Below are positions 33,201 through 38,295 of a DNA stretch of 38,295 nucleotides, in pieces. Source of the stretch: a virus. Taxonomy: Duplodnaviria > Caudoviricetes. Within the stretch, counting starts at the first letter, position 1; every line of letters begins with the position of its first letter. The translations under genes and the position numbers were made by a program. Where the stretch lies: positions 1-38,295 of IMG/VR virus record IMGVR_UViG_3300044513_001921; one strand, given 5' to 3'. The notes under the pieces were generated by a model, which was not told where the DNA came from, did no database searches, and saw only the letters and a program-made list of their open reading frames with translations.

Positions 33201-33920
33201 AAACTCCATGCTGACGAAGTACATGCCACTGAGTACATGGCAGTTAATAGAGGCACCACTAACACTGGAGCTTATCTATATCTACAAGGTGCAACTGGTG
33301 GATCTTACGCTGGTGGTCATCTATCTAACTTCCGTCTCACCAACCAAGTTATTGCAGATGACGTATTTGCAATTCAAGCAACTGATGGAAGTGGTGCTGC
33401 TACCTATCAAGCAACGCCAGCTCTTGCGATTAAGGGTACTACCAATAGAGTTGCTATCAATACCACTGCATTCTCTGGTGTTGATACTTCCGATGGAGGT
33501 AATGTCACCAGAGACTACAACCTGAACGTCCAAGGTGATATTAACATCAACGGTCAGTTGTTCCAGAACAACGCCGAGTTTGTTACCTCAAGATGGACAG
33601 AAGCGACCAACGGAAATGATATCTACAGATTGTCCAAGGTTGGTATCAACATTGTTGATCCTTCTTACGAATTGGAAGTTGGCGGTAGACTTAATTTCAA
33701 TGGAACTACAATGACTGGTCAAGCAGTTGAGCAGACAATGTATATCAACGGTGATAGACAGTGGTTGGATCCATATGGTGTTATGAAGACAAACCGTAAC
33801 TCTATTAATCAATCGATTACGGTTCCTTCCACATCCAACACATTAAGTGCTGGTCCTATCACTATAAATAGTGGAGTAATAATCACCATTGCAAATGGTG
33901 GTGTATGGAGTATCGTATAA
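24291..33920 (+). CDS. Giant multidomain tail fibre / virion structural protein
   Basis: Contains GG.GY..P.V.I repeats, a KIATTEYV fibre motif, a pectin-lyase-like beta-helix start (IYVSQQIGNDANDG..APVRSIKRA..GDYTEDNPI..SVVGDNLR), a LamG/ConA-like domain, helical KCxRD modules, GSGLNADLLD and RVGIN fibre motifs, and the C-terminal SAGPITINSGVIITIANGGVWSIV cap seen in marine phage fibres. Confidence 0.8.
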   Translation: MSFQINSDREKITGNKTSILGQQEVTLRSGSGNQEVEIIRAQVDPNTNLPRVGINRSGNRVEKITVTNGGIGYSLEPTVNISAPDDPTGAQALASASIFNGQVSGITINDSGSGYFSPPTVTITGGNGGGATAEAVLDTIDYELDINGAIRTSTSIISDTARILNIDVDNFVTPDLELRGPHFKTYMNNTGIELLPTPTTLFKGDYRWVGSNVYEALNDGQTATLLPLHDDGIETSGTVQLKHIGFRITDPNGYLYNETGESGIFPRSITPQLGDRSDKIATTEYVLNLATNDVGGRIYVSQQIGNDANDGRSAVAPVRSIKRACQLAWATPGVKETIIVAGGDYTEDNPISIPPDASVVGDNLRLVIIRPANPQKHIFKFGDKNYVIGVTYRDYIDVNGRSQHTWDFAMVFDDKQRITYDLNTNGDFGLDWPIGHQYFGTQQFLSTFVSNLGLTQLTAGQFVKGSSGASLGQILEVTFDETDTNEPDHHLTGTALFKVLAGAFTQTDVFRYGGIGAKEFENDTAYALNDIVWTPDFTYTVSVAGTSPASGAPTHTTGAVTLGTAEFTFLRNTYTFSSREIRSTRAEGEVVYSNTQTEEAYATTAGGEVPIVRLDFTQQGTFTGGFGGDDDVGGIVFYTNALIGFNNIHDFKEGDEIFISGMPTDAPDLSFLNGYQRIYKVLEDADGRARRFVIPKKAPAAEGYPNTDNYIPGSNAKVRFACHSATFTLLNSPNKFEPATPVARRFQDACLQIRNNIDYIADEVVGRVNAEFAKYYYSAYEVVDVGLNTTFKIYLGSSTYTHTYISGGTVTVGGTVYNVDNFVWDNFSTGEATLTLDQLVTIAEDETVKIENLLLECSLGQKIYPSFSIPVSDDKCKRDVGHFINAILQDLEFGSNIHTIRAAEKYIANAQITYVDGEIIQTVRAFEYARELMIYAMRKWRTGNGTPADTLYAASYTSLIPYIDPTVIDDTASPACANVASAIDTLVYLFVDVVTNNTSGTYLDAAYLIARNKDLIADQAYLNTKVQYPSLGLDDINERKCRRDIGYILSGLVRDLCLGGNAGVVEAAEAYFSGSDLTGIPEAQRDETVYAFNETRTLSIAAMRNWSDGLGFNTKVKTFDDVDDYVRVTADSTLSFGTGAITAEAWCYWDSTNSGTTEDAFEVFGSSNDNFNFFFSETNIGFWAGGGVVTNFPVTITKDEWHHVVVTRDGTGTNQARIYLDGVLAGNWTWSTDYAAFATYLLIGRNNLAGSVFADGKMTNVRVSNSSLYSANFSVPTHTLPTLGSTVFNYFNVGEEFTNGMAVTDIGGIGPAVEEYILRTFTTTSSPIPQFTDATILEDTGSPDCAGVAATINTEFDTIQDILDGTVAAGATNRTYGITYDTSSIETYPDNYITDLQGNIATIRSVYDDLPIIEASPYTQNSSIISFKGGSGALVDGSKVKQPNCPFAGLNPDGTAEFPNQGKSMVASAFTIVSQGGSATGYKVINDGYTQLVSVFVIFCQDGVLSESGGYASITNSATNFGIYALRATGYRAEAYSFDRGYGEGASYQRATVDTVTESVTGRTEFTISKLGRSPLEHYIVKLDGYRSIDEETEYFIDFIDPTTVTLGPDFGAKVTLSDGTGASPARYVDELTDQEIDPLELVNYHQSTYGTTLKVSLHRPSIVNSSSHTWEFAGSGTSYEALPENGGTKIEAYEQVSENYGRVYCSGTDELGDFKVGTFAQIENRTGNITFTGTVTISEVEFLKLRGGDVVVTGFDADDNLGGATSSNSKLPTQKAVRDYITNNLGPYLNKPYSTNPVPRALVELTDSGKINIDQIPALRPFNVFTVADLDERLALEGALAGDIAIQQDTNGSYILNNDNDSLFLGFAVDPTIQFTLGDVFTGSVSGGRLQATEYRQGVVYQITITDAGSGYVTAPAVTISGGNPQAGAVAALATAEIAGGQVVAVTIELYNGYIGGKGYTIPPTVTFSGGLGANGVAAQGVALIESRLYGDIVNRVKMTEADEFDSSDTVPTTVPVDRVINTSASDVNNWVSLASTSFSASQIVEGIISTARLASNSSSANSFTFLRGDQSYAPTVQSIKGAETRYFAVLSQTANINATQLIFPANGNMLIGNELVSGNGIQADTTISAVTTEGSATTITIDRPLTAQINSGSVVEFNRGSSPLIFEASYTQNQFIDQVLILNGGSGYAADLGGNNVYFDVPLTGGNGTGLRANVRVDNGVVTKVTVTSPGTAYDQDFTVNADPPEIGSGSGLVLLAKTSTVNKNYANVAIDVARAGGEGSTISTDDYGTVGVVRLRKSQFTIGADGNGSVTLKTGAGSGLNADLLDNRQGEFYQNASNILTGTLDPDRLSGTYSIDVDGNATSASRLQSDISGATTAPAPTLYLGGMQLENKFNNTVNLYQQWPEVGLQDATTGNSGRHALLTVRPGGSGSDTQYGGLKQIAFSDTGNDERTNMYIRGTGFGVTQFGDWNKIWTSGNDASSGRDEGPDAFRFKNKTSEWYRDVTHHNEGELFDSRLPGFMSAKGFDNKIEIKEPLAQSGNALLSGKKAYRILFDNVILNDAQYGTIFGIGNTINIYDVTGAQALGQVYIRNMEPFPDSNDPTNNYSILTAILLTGGFAGSYQLGLASATAVTKYAAWTDFALADDNTYTAASLEVDSGTANLRLGRRIAANTGTSPGIYFSSSQAFAPNYNSAIVASGGTSSDGSGSLNILVGSNTALTANNSPIWHEGNTEFTSTIGFSTFTGQTLNVRNAVIRDTTGSFEAHDITLINDAQGNAGRIIGAASLNVLKAGDSMTGTLNILNSGGPTDPTSNLYVEGTLTVQREVAFARNVNVDGNVFTVDYTNDRVGINTSQANARRPLHVSYASTETDVAAGVIGMTAGTTAGALIQNTNSSANTFAALDFRAETADGRIAYKKDISGSDQASFYFVAEAPAATANTVLIVKGTGQLIPKQDGYGELGTSAVRWDKLHADEVHATEYMAVNRGTTNTGAYLYLQGATGGSYAGGHLSNFRLTNQVIADDVFAIQATDGSGAATYQATPALAIKGTTNRVAINTTAFSGVDTSDGGNVTRDYNLNVQGDININGQLFQNNAEFVTSRWTEATNGNDIYRLSKVGINIVDPSYELEVGGRLNFNGTTMTGQAVEQTMYINGDRQWLDPYGVMKTNRNSINQSITVPSTSNTLSAGPITINSGVIITIANGGVWSIV
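27645..28160 (+). other. Laminin G / concanavalin A-like domain within the 3209-aa protein
   Basis: FDDVDDYVRV...FGTGAITAEAW...DEWHHVVVTRDG...IYLDGVL...LLIG...FADGKMTNVRVSN matches the Laminin_G_3 pattern. Confidence 0.8.
33863..33870 (+). promoter_or_regulatory. T4 late promoter TATAAATA inside the 3' end of the fibre gene
   Basis: Exact consensus 57 nt upstream of the ATG at 33927. Confidence 0.7.
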
Positions 33921-33926
33921 TCTAAG

Positions 33927-34772
33927 ATGAGTACACTAAGACTGTCACAGATTGAGGGAAGCAATCAAACAATTACGGTTCCAAGTGGACACAAACTAGT
34001 AATTGAGGGGAATTTCAGAGTTCCCCTCTGGACTGCTGCATCACGCCCCGCTGTTCCAGAGATTGGATTTATTGGTTATAACACTGATGACGAAACTTTT
34101 GAAATCTATAATGGAGCAGAATGGGTAATTGCTGGCGGAGATGTTGCTCCCGATGGATCTTCACCAGACAAAGCATCTACCAGTGGATTGCAACTGGCAT
34201 CTGATTTTCCATCCAGTTCCAACGGTCTATATTACATCAAGTCACCAACAATGACACAACCAGTTCAGATGTATGTAGATTTTATTGAAGATGGTGGTGG
34301 ATATGATTTCTACTATACTTCAGGTGGTCCTGGTATTTCATATGTTAATGACCACAACGCTGGTAACTTCTACGGACTAAATCTTTGGGAAGGTAGATCA
34401 CAGAATAATTGGAGAGCTGCTGCTAGAGCAGTACAAACTTTTGACAATGGAAACTTTGCCTCGTATTGGGAAGGTGTAGGTCACGTCTACAAACCAAATG
34501 GTGGTGGTAACTACACTGGATGTATCATGAGAAGTGGTTACTATGGTGGTAACAACTGTGGTGAGTGGAGAGTTAGAAGTGGTCAAAGATGGTGGATCAG
34601 AGATAGCACACACTCAGAACCAAACGGTGACTATAACGGTAATGGTTTCCTAAGAATTTACGGTAGTTCTAGACCCAATGGAACTAACATTAGCACCAAC
34701 ATGGGTTATAATGATGGTGGTGCATATGGTATCGGTTCTCGCTACCTATTATCCACAAACACCAAAACGTGA
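33927..34772 (+). CDS. Short fibre/adhesin-like protein with fibrinogen-like domain (paralog 1)
   Basis: N-terminus MSTLRLSQI, a P.WT..SRP..G.IGYNT...EIYNG.EW module, then DGSS..A..S..NGLYYIK..VQMYVDF..GGG, resembling the start of a fibrinogen-related domain, and a Gly/Asn/Tyr/Trp-rich C-terminus. Confidence 0.7.
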   Translation: MSTLRLSQIEGSNQTITVPSGHKLVIEGNFRVPLWTAASRPAVPEIGFIGYNTDDETFEIYNGAEWVIAGGDVAPDGSSPDKASTSGLQLASDFPSSSNGLYYIKSPTMTQPVQMYVDFIEDGGGYDFYYTSGGPGISYVNDHNAGNFYGLNLWEGRSQNNWRAAARAVQTFDNGNFASYWEGVGHVYKPNGGGNYTGCIMRSGYYGGNNCGEWRVRSGQRWWIRDSTHSEPNGDYNGNGFLRIYGSSRPNGTNISTNMGYNDGGAYGIGSRYLLSTNTKT

Positions 34773-34776
34773 TGTA

Positions 34777-34784
34777 AATAAATA
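34777..34784 (+). promoter_or_regulatory. Late promoter AATAAATA
   Basis: Intergenic GTAAATAAATA, ~20 nt upstream of the ATG at 34804. Confidence 0.6.
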
Positions 34785-34803
34785 CCTTATATGATGACAT
34801 TGT

Positions 34804-35517
34804 ATGAAACTCTTTTTTGATGCTAATAACACGAAAGTCTTCGACGATGTTTTAGATCCCGAAGACTTTTCTAGTCTTTTTGATATGTTCAATTACCAAC
34901 CATACATTTTCCGAGAAAGTCAAGGAGAATGGAATAAAGTTTGGTCGTTGAAAGATGGACAGATCTTAATGGGTCGTCAAGTAATGTGGGCAATTAATGA
35001 AGAACCAGATCTTGACGGGGAGTATAAAATTCTGTTGCCCTATATCAGAAAGGTCAATGACATGATAACAAACTCTGGTTTGTTTGATTTGGATGATGTG
35101 TCTATGATTAGTATGACACCATATGTTTGGCCTCCAGAAACTGGATTGAGTTGGCATAACGATAGTCATTATCTTGGTGCCGTTACTTTCTATACACATA
35201 AAGAATGGAATCCAGAATGGGGAGGTGAATTTTTGACCTGTGAAGCGAACGAATATATCCAAGAGAATAAAGAAAATCTCACTTGGAAAATATTTGAAAA
35301 TAATGATTTGCATAATTTAATTATGGAAAGTGGATCTGGTCATTATTTTTATCCAAAACCAAATAGAGCTATTGTCAACAAAGGAGGTAAACATGGCATC
35401 CTCCATAAGGTTAATAAAAGCACAGCAAATAGTGGTCCCAGATTAACGTTGCAGTGTTTTATTCACTCAGTAGCACAGTTTCCAAAAAACGCAAAAACCC
35501 CACCAGTATATTTTTAA
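34804..35517 (+). CDS. 2OG-Fe(II) oxygenase (prolyl-4-hydroxylase-like)
   Basis: HxD motif (WHND), WNPEWGGEF, PKPNRA, a distal His (LHKV) and the 2OG-binding Arg (PRLTLQ). Confidence 0.85.
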   Translation: MKLFFDANNTKVFDDVLDPEDFSSLFDMFNYQPYIFRESQGEWNKVWSLKDGQILMGRQVMWAINEEPDLDGEYKILLPYIRKVNDMITNSGLFDLDDVSMISMTPYVWPPETGLSWHNDSHYLGAVTFYTHKEWNPEWGGEFLTCEANEYIQENKENLTWKIFENNDLHNLIMESGSGHYFYPKPNRAIVNKGGKHGILHKVNKSTANSGPRLTLQCFIHSVAQFPKNAKTPPVYF

Positions 35518-35519
35518 TC

Positions 35520-36203
35520 ATGCAATACGAAAATTTTGAATTGTTTCCGACTGTCGTAACTAGATACTCTTACGATCCAGACAAAATTGAAACTATCAAG
35601 GAAATCTGTAAGGAGATTAGAGAAAAAACTCCTAAAGATAGTCCAGAATATAGCACCAACATTAATGAGCAAGGATTGCATCATTATTTTAATCAATCTG
35701 GATTGTCTATTCTCCATGAAATTCCAGAACTACAAGAACTAAGAGAATGGTCTCAAGATTGTGCCAGACATTTTCTAACTCAAGTTCTTGATTGGAAAGT
35801 AGAAGACGACAATAAAATGTTGATTACAGATTCTTGGATGAACGTATGCGAGGAGAGAGCAAGTCAGCAAGATCATAACCATCATAATTGTATTGTTTCT
35901 GGTACATACTATGTTCATCGTGAGGAGTGGGTGCATTCTGGTATTGAATTTTATCACCAAAACATTGAGATGTGGCCTACACTAATGCTACAGAGAGATT
36001 GGAATGATAATTCCAATAAATATACAAGAAGGGTAGAAACTCTATATCCCTCTTCTGGAGATCTTATTCTTTGGTCTTCAAATTTACGTCATGGTTATTA
36101 TGGCATGACAAATTTCTGGGAAGGTAGAACAACAATTTCTATGAATTTCCTACCACAAACTATAGATAATGGTAAGTATACTTTCACAATTAAGGAACGA
36201 TAA
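35520..36203 (+). CDS. Putative 2OG-Fe(II) oxygenase (TIGR02466 / 2OG-FeII_Oxy_5-like)
   Basis: The likely start is the ATG at 35520 (MQYENFELFPT), not 35454. Motifs: LFPT, SWMN, HNHHNCIVSGTYY, GDLILWSSNLRH, RTTISMN. Confidence 0.85.
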   Translation: MQYENFELFPTVVTRYSYDPDKIETIKEICKEIREKTPKDSPEYSTNINEQGLHHYFNQSGLSILHEIPELQELREWSQDCARHFLTQVLDWKVEDDNKMLITDSWMNVCEERASQQDHNHHNCIVSGTYYVHREEWVHSGIEFYHQNIEMWPTLMLQRDWNDNSNKYTRRVETLYPSSGDLILWSSNLRHGYYGMTNFWEGRTTISMNFLPQTIDNGKYTFTIKER

Positions 36204-36205
36204 AA

Positions 36206-36496
36206 ATGGCAATGAATTTTCCAAGAAAAAGATCTAAATTCCGTGAATGGTCTGATGCTAGGAACAAGCAGATGGGTAAGTTCATTGAGGATCGTGGTAA
36301 TGCATACGGTCCTTTAGGAAAGCAATTAGACTTGCTCTGGCATGATATGGATAGTGGCGCAGTGCCTGGAAAGAATGGAAAATTTTATGCATATATTGCT
36401 AGTGTAAAATCTTCAGTGAGAAAACCAGAATGGGATATGGATGAGTATGTAAATTATGATTTCTCAAAAGAGAATTTTGAAGAAGATTTGGACTGA
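36206..36496 (+). CDS. Small phage protein, tail-fibre-associated/chaperone-like
   Basis: R..AY.PLG.QLDLLWHD...G.....FY..I..VK....KP resembles the 'YP.I.EQLD.LWHD' motif family found next to marine phage fibre genes. Confidence 0.65.
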   Translation: MAMNFPRKRSKFREWSDARNKQMGKFIEDRGNAYGPLGKQLDLLWHDMDSGAVPGKNGKFYAYIASVKSSVRKPEWDMDEYVNYDFSKENFEEDLD

Positions 36497-36506
36497 TACT
36501 TAGAAG

Positions 36507-36513
36507 ATAAATA
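36507..36513 (+). promoter_or_regulatory. Late promoter ATAAATA
   Basis: Intergenic, ~20 nt upstream of the ATG at 36534, followed by an SD-like AGGA. Confidence 0.65.
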
Positions 36514-36533
36514 GCACTGTATAGGATTTAGAC

Positions 36534-37424
36534 ATGTCTCAGTTAAACGTTGGAACTGTTAATATATCAGATTCATTAGTTCTTCCAAATTACACTACAG
36601 CGCAACGTCCAAGTGGTGCTGCTGTAGGAACGTTGATTTTCAATTCAGAAGATCTTACCGTAGAAATCTGGACTGGAGAAGAATGGACTAGTATTGGTGG
36701 TGGCGGCGGTGCCGATGGATCTTCTGCAGAAAGAGCTGCTAACAGCGTTTCCGAGATTTTAGCTTTAAATCCAAGTGCAGCAAATGGAGCGTATTGGCTA
36801 AACGTTCCAAATATTGGACCAAGACAAATTTATTGTGACATGTCCAACGGTGGTTGGATGTTGGTGATGAGAGGAGCAGGAAATGATTCTGTAGCATATG
36901 ATGATAGTAGATGGACATCAACTGGAGATGATGGCGCTAACCTGTTGATTGCAGGATCGTATGGTAGTTTTGCTAAATCTACAGCATTTACTGCTTTCAA
37001 CACATGCAGTCAAATTAGAGTTACTGCTGGTGGATTTAGTGGAGCGGGTGCCGATGGTTCCTATAGATCATTTGAATTTAGTTTTGGAGGAACGGCATCT
37101 CCAAAAGATTTGATGTTCACAACACAATATTCAATGACTTGGAACTCATCATATAGTTCATGGAGATCCACATTCGGTCAAGATCGTCAAGGAGATCCAT
37201 GCTTCCAAAGATATGGAAGTAGTGCTTCACAATCAGTAGGACAAAATAGAGGTCTTCGTGGTTGCGGTAAAAATATGATGTTTGGTTTCAATTCTCATGA
37301 TAACGGAAACTGTGTTAACTCTGGACTAGGAACTCACCCAAGTTATTGTGGTGGATCTCCTGGTAGATTTGCTGGTGGTTCTTGGATGGGCAACGGCGGT
37401 TCTGTACAAATTTGGGCAAAATAA
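36534..37424 (+). CDS. Short fibre/adhesin-like protein with fibrinogen-like domain (paralog 2)
   Basis: MSQLNVGTV, LP.YTTAQRP..GTLIFNS...EIWTGEEW, then DGSSAERAANS..NGAYWL..RQIYCDMSNGGWMLV (fibrinogen-related YCDM..GGW motif), ending VQIWAK. Confidence 0.75.
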   Translation: MSQLNVGTVNISDSLVLPNYTTAQRPSGAAVGTLIFNSEDLTVEIWTGEEWTSIGGGGGADGSSAERAANSVSEILALNPSAANGAYWLNVPNIGPRQIYCDMSNGGWMLVMRGAGNDSVAYDDSRWTSTGDDGANLLIAGSYGSFAKSTAFTAFNTCSQIRVTAGGFSGAGADGSYRSFEFSFGGTASPKDLMFTTQYSMTWNSSYSSWRSTFGQDRQGDPCFQRYGSSASQSVGQNRGLRGCGKNMMFGFNSHDNGNCVNSGLGTHPSYCGGSPGRFAGGSWMGNGGSVQIWAK

Positions 37425-37425
37425 A

Positions 37426-37659
37426 ATGGATAAAGCAAATTTCGTATCTAATCATCAATCAGTTGCAAAAGCATCTGACACTGAAAGATTTAATAGATGG
37501 CAAAAATGTCAGGTATGTGAGCAATTACAAGGAGACTATATTGGTGCCGAAAATCGTTGGGAATCTGACGATAAGAAAAAAGATTGTTCGGTTGAAAAAT
37601 GTCCCGCTTTCTGGTATACTCAATTTAAAGATGCAAAGTGTCCTCTTAATAAATGGTAA
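37426..37659 (+). CDS. Small Cys-rich protein (DUF6171-like)
   Basis: The likely start is the ATG at 37426, 1 nt after the upstream stop. Pattern R...CxxC...C....C...CPLNKW. Confidence 0.7.
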   Translation: MDKANFVSNHQSVAKASDTERFNRWQKCQVCEQLQGDYIGAENRWESDDKKKDCSVEKCPAFWYTQFKDAKCPLNKW

Positions 37660-37920
37660 ATGAAATTTGATAAAAATTTTGTTACTGATGCCACTGAATT
37701 AATTAAAAGTGGATTGGTAAAAAATTCTCTACAAAAAGAAAGGATTTCTATTTGTGAGAACTGTGATGATTATATTCCAATGTATATTGGCGGAGAATAT
37801 AATCCAGAAACTGGGGGATATGGTGTTTGGACACCACGAGTAGAATGCAGACATTGTGGATGCAATATGCCGTGGAAGACTAAATTTAAAGCAGCATCAT
37901 GTCCACTTAAAAAGTGGTAG
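37660..37920 (+). CDS. Small Cys-rich protein (DUF6171-like)
   Basis: ERISICENC...CRHCGC...KTK....CPLKKW; abuts the upstream paralog. Confidence 0.8.
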   Translation: MKFDKNFVTDATELIKSGLVKNSLQKERISICENCDDYIPMYIGGEYNPETGGYGVWTPRVECRHCGCNMPWKTKFKAASCPLKKW

Positions 37921-37921
37921 A

Positions 37922-37928
37922 ATAAATA
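37922..37928 (+). promoter_or_regulatory. Late promoter ATAAATA
   Basis: Directly after the stop at 37920, upstream of the ATG at 37956. Confidence 0.6.
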
Positions 37929-37955
37929 TTACACACACTATTCAACGTGATAACT

Positions 37956-38147
37956 ATGGATCCCGCAACACTAAAGAAAAACTTTGAAGATCAAATTGCA
38001 GAAACAGAAAAGCAAATTGCTGACCTGGAGAAAAATTTATCCAAAGCAAAAGAGTATAAGATCAAACTTCAAGGTGGTCTTGAAACTCTGGGACTTCTAG
38101 AGCAAGAACCAGAAGCAGAAACAGCACCAACCGAAGTAGTAGAATAA
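37956..38147 (+). CDS. Small coiled-coil hypothetical protein
   Basis: MDPATLKKNFEDQIAETEKQIADLEKNL...KLQGGLETL. The ATG at 37956 is preferred over the GTG at 37947. Confidence 0.75.
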   Translation: MDPATLKKNFEDQIAETEKQIADLEKNLSKAKEYKIKLQGGLETLGLLEQEPEAETAPTEVVE

Positions 38148-38152
38148 ATACT

Positions 38153-38192
38153 AAATCCCTTCTTCCCATAAATAGGTAAGAAGGGATTTTTT
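38153..38192 (+). terminator. Terminator-like hairpin with late promoter ATAAATA (38168-38174) in its loop
   Basis: AAATCCCTTCTT (38153-38164) pairs with AAGAAGGGATTT (38178-38189), plus CC/GG, and ends in a T6 run (38187-38192). Confidence 0.75.
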
Positions 38193-38199
38193 GTGTGTA

Positions 38200-38295
38200 A
38201 TGGCATCTCCAAGTTCTAGGGCTGATCTTATCACTTACTGTAAGAGGCAGCTTGGTGAGCCTGTCCTCCAAGTTAATATTGACGACGAACAGGTA
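38200..38295 (+). CDS. gp13: Neck protein (T4 gp13-like), 3'-partial
   Basis: Not in the ORF track. The ATG at 38200 gives MASPSSRADLITYCKRQLGEPVLQVNIDDEQV, matching the gp13 N-terminal motif (Y..R.LG.PV..VN...EQ). Confidence 0.85.
   Translation, partial: MASPSSRADLITYCKRQLGEPVLQVNIDDEQV

Noticed and set aside
34400-34772. Asn/Tyr/Gly-rich tip C-terminus as a possible diversity-generating retroelement variable region
   Set aside because: No template repeat differing at adenines and no reverse transcriptase were seen in the window.
35454-35519. N-terminal extension of the second oxygenase
   Set aside because: It overlaps the upstream gene. The ATG at 35520 sits 2 nt after the stop and gives the typical LFPT N-terminus.
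691-36921. Many 60-116 aa minus-strand ORFs and short alternative-frame plus-strand ORFs
   Set aside because: All overlap long, well-supported + strand genes and show no recognisable motifs. They are shadow ORFs produced by codon bias.
37348-37663. Extended start at 37348 and the alternative 93-aa ORF 37382-37663
   Set aside because: The ATG at 37426 fits the gene packing and the Cys-rich frame is supported by its paralog. The other frame has no motif.
38062-38271. 69-aa minus-strand ORF at the window end
   Set aside because: It overlaps the coiled-coil gene, the terminator and the clear gp13 start on the + strand.

Overview
Late (virion morphogenesis) region of a T4-like marine cyanomyovirus (Kyanoviridae-type). 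All credible genes are on the + strand. In order: a giant, 5'-truncated baseplate wedge initiator (gp7), baseplate wedge gp8, a VrlC/DUF4815-type giant structural protein, a small conserved ORF, a 1694-aa repeat-rich structural protein, a 168-aa ORF and a 3209-aa tail-fibre-like protein. A variable block follows, with two paralogous fibrinogen-like fibre proteins, two 2OG-Fe(II) oxygenases, a chaperone-like ORF and two Cys-rich mini-proteins, then the start of neck protein gp13. T4-type late promoter motifs (TATAAATA/ATAAATA/CTAAATA) precede most genes. The most notable observation is four helical modules, two in gp7 and two in the 3209-aa fibre, that align by eye with phycobiliprotein subunits. 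Three keep a KCxRD motif like the alpha84/beta82 bilin site and all four keep a beta153/155-like Cys, suggesting a possibly bilin-carrying virion. Also notable are a cupredoxin-like Cu site in a structural protein and two RNA hairpins with late promoters built into them. All family assignments come from motif recognition by eye; no searches were run.
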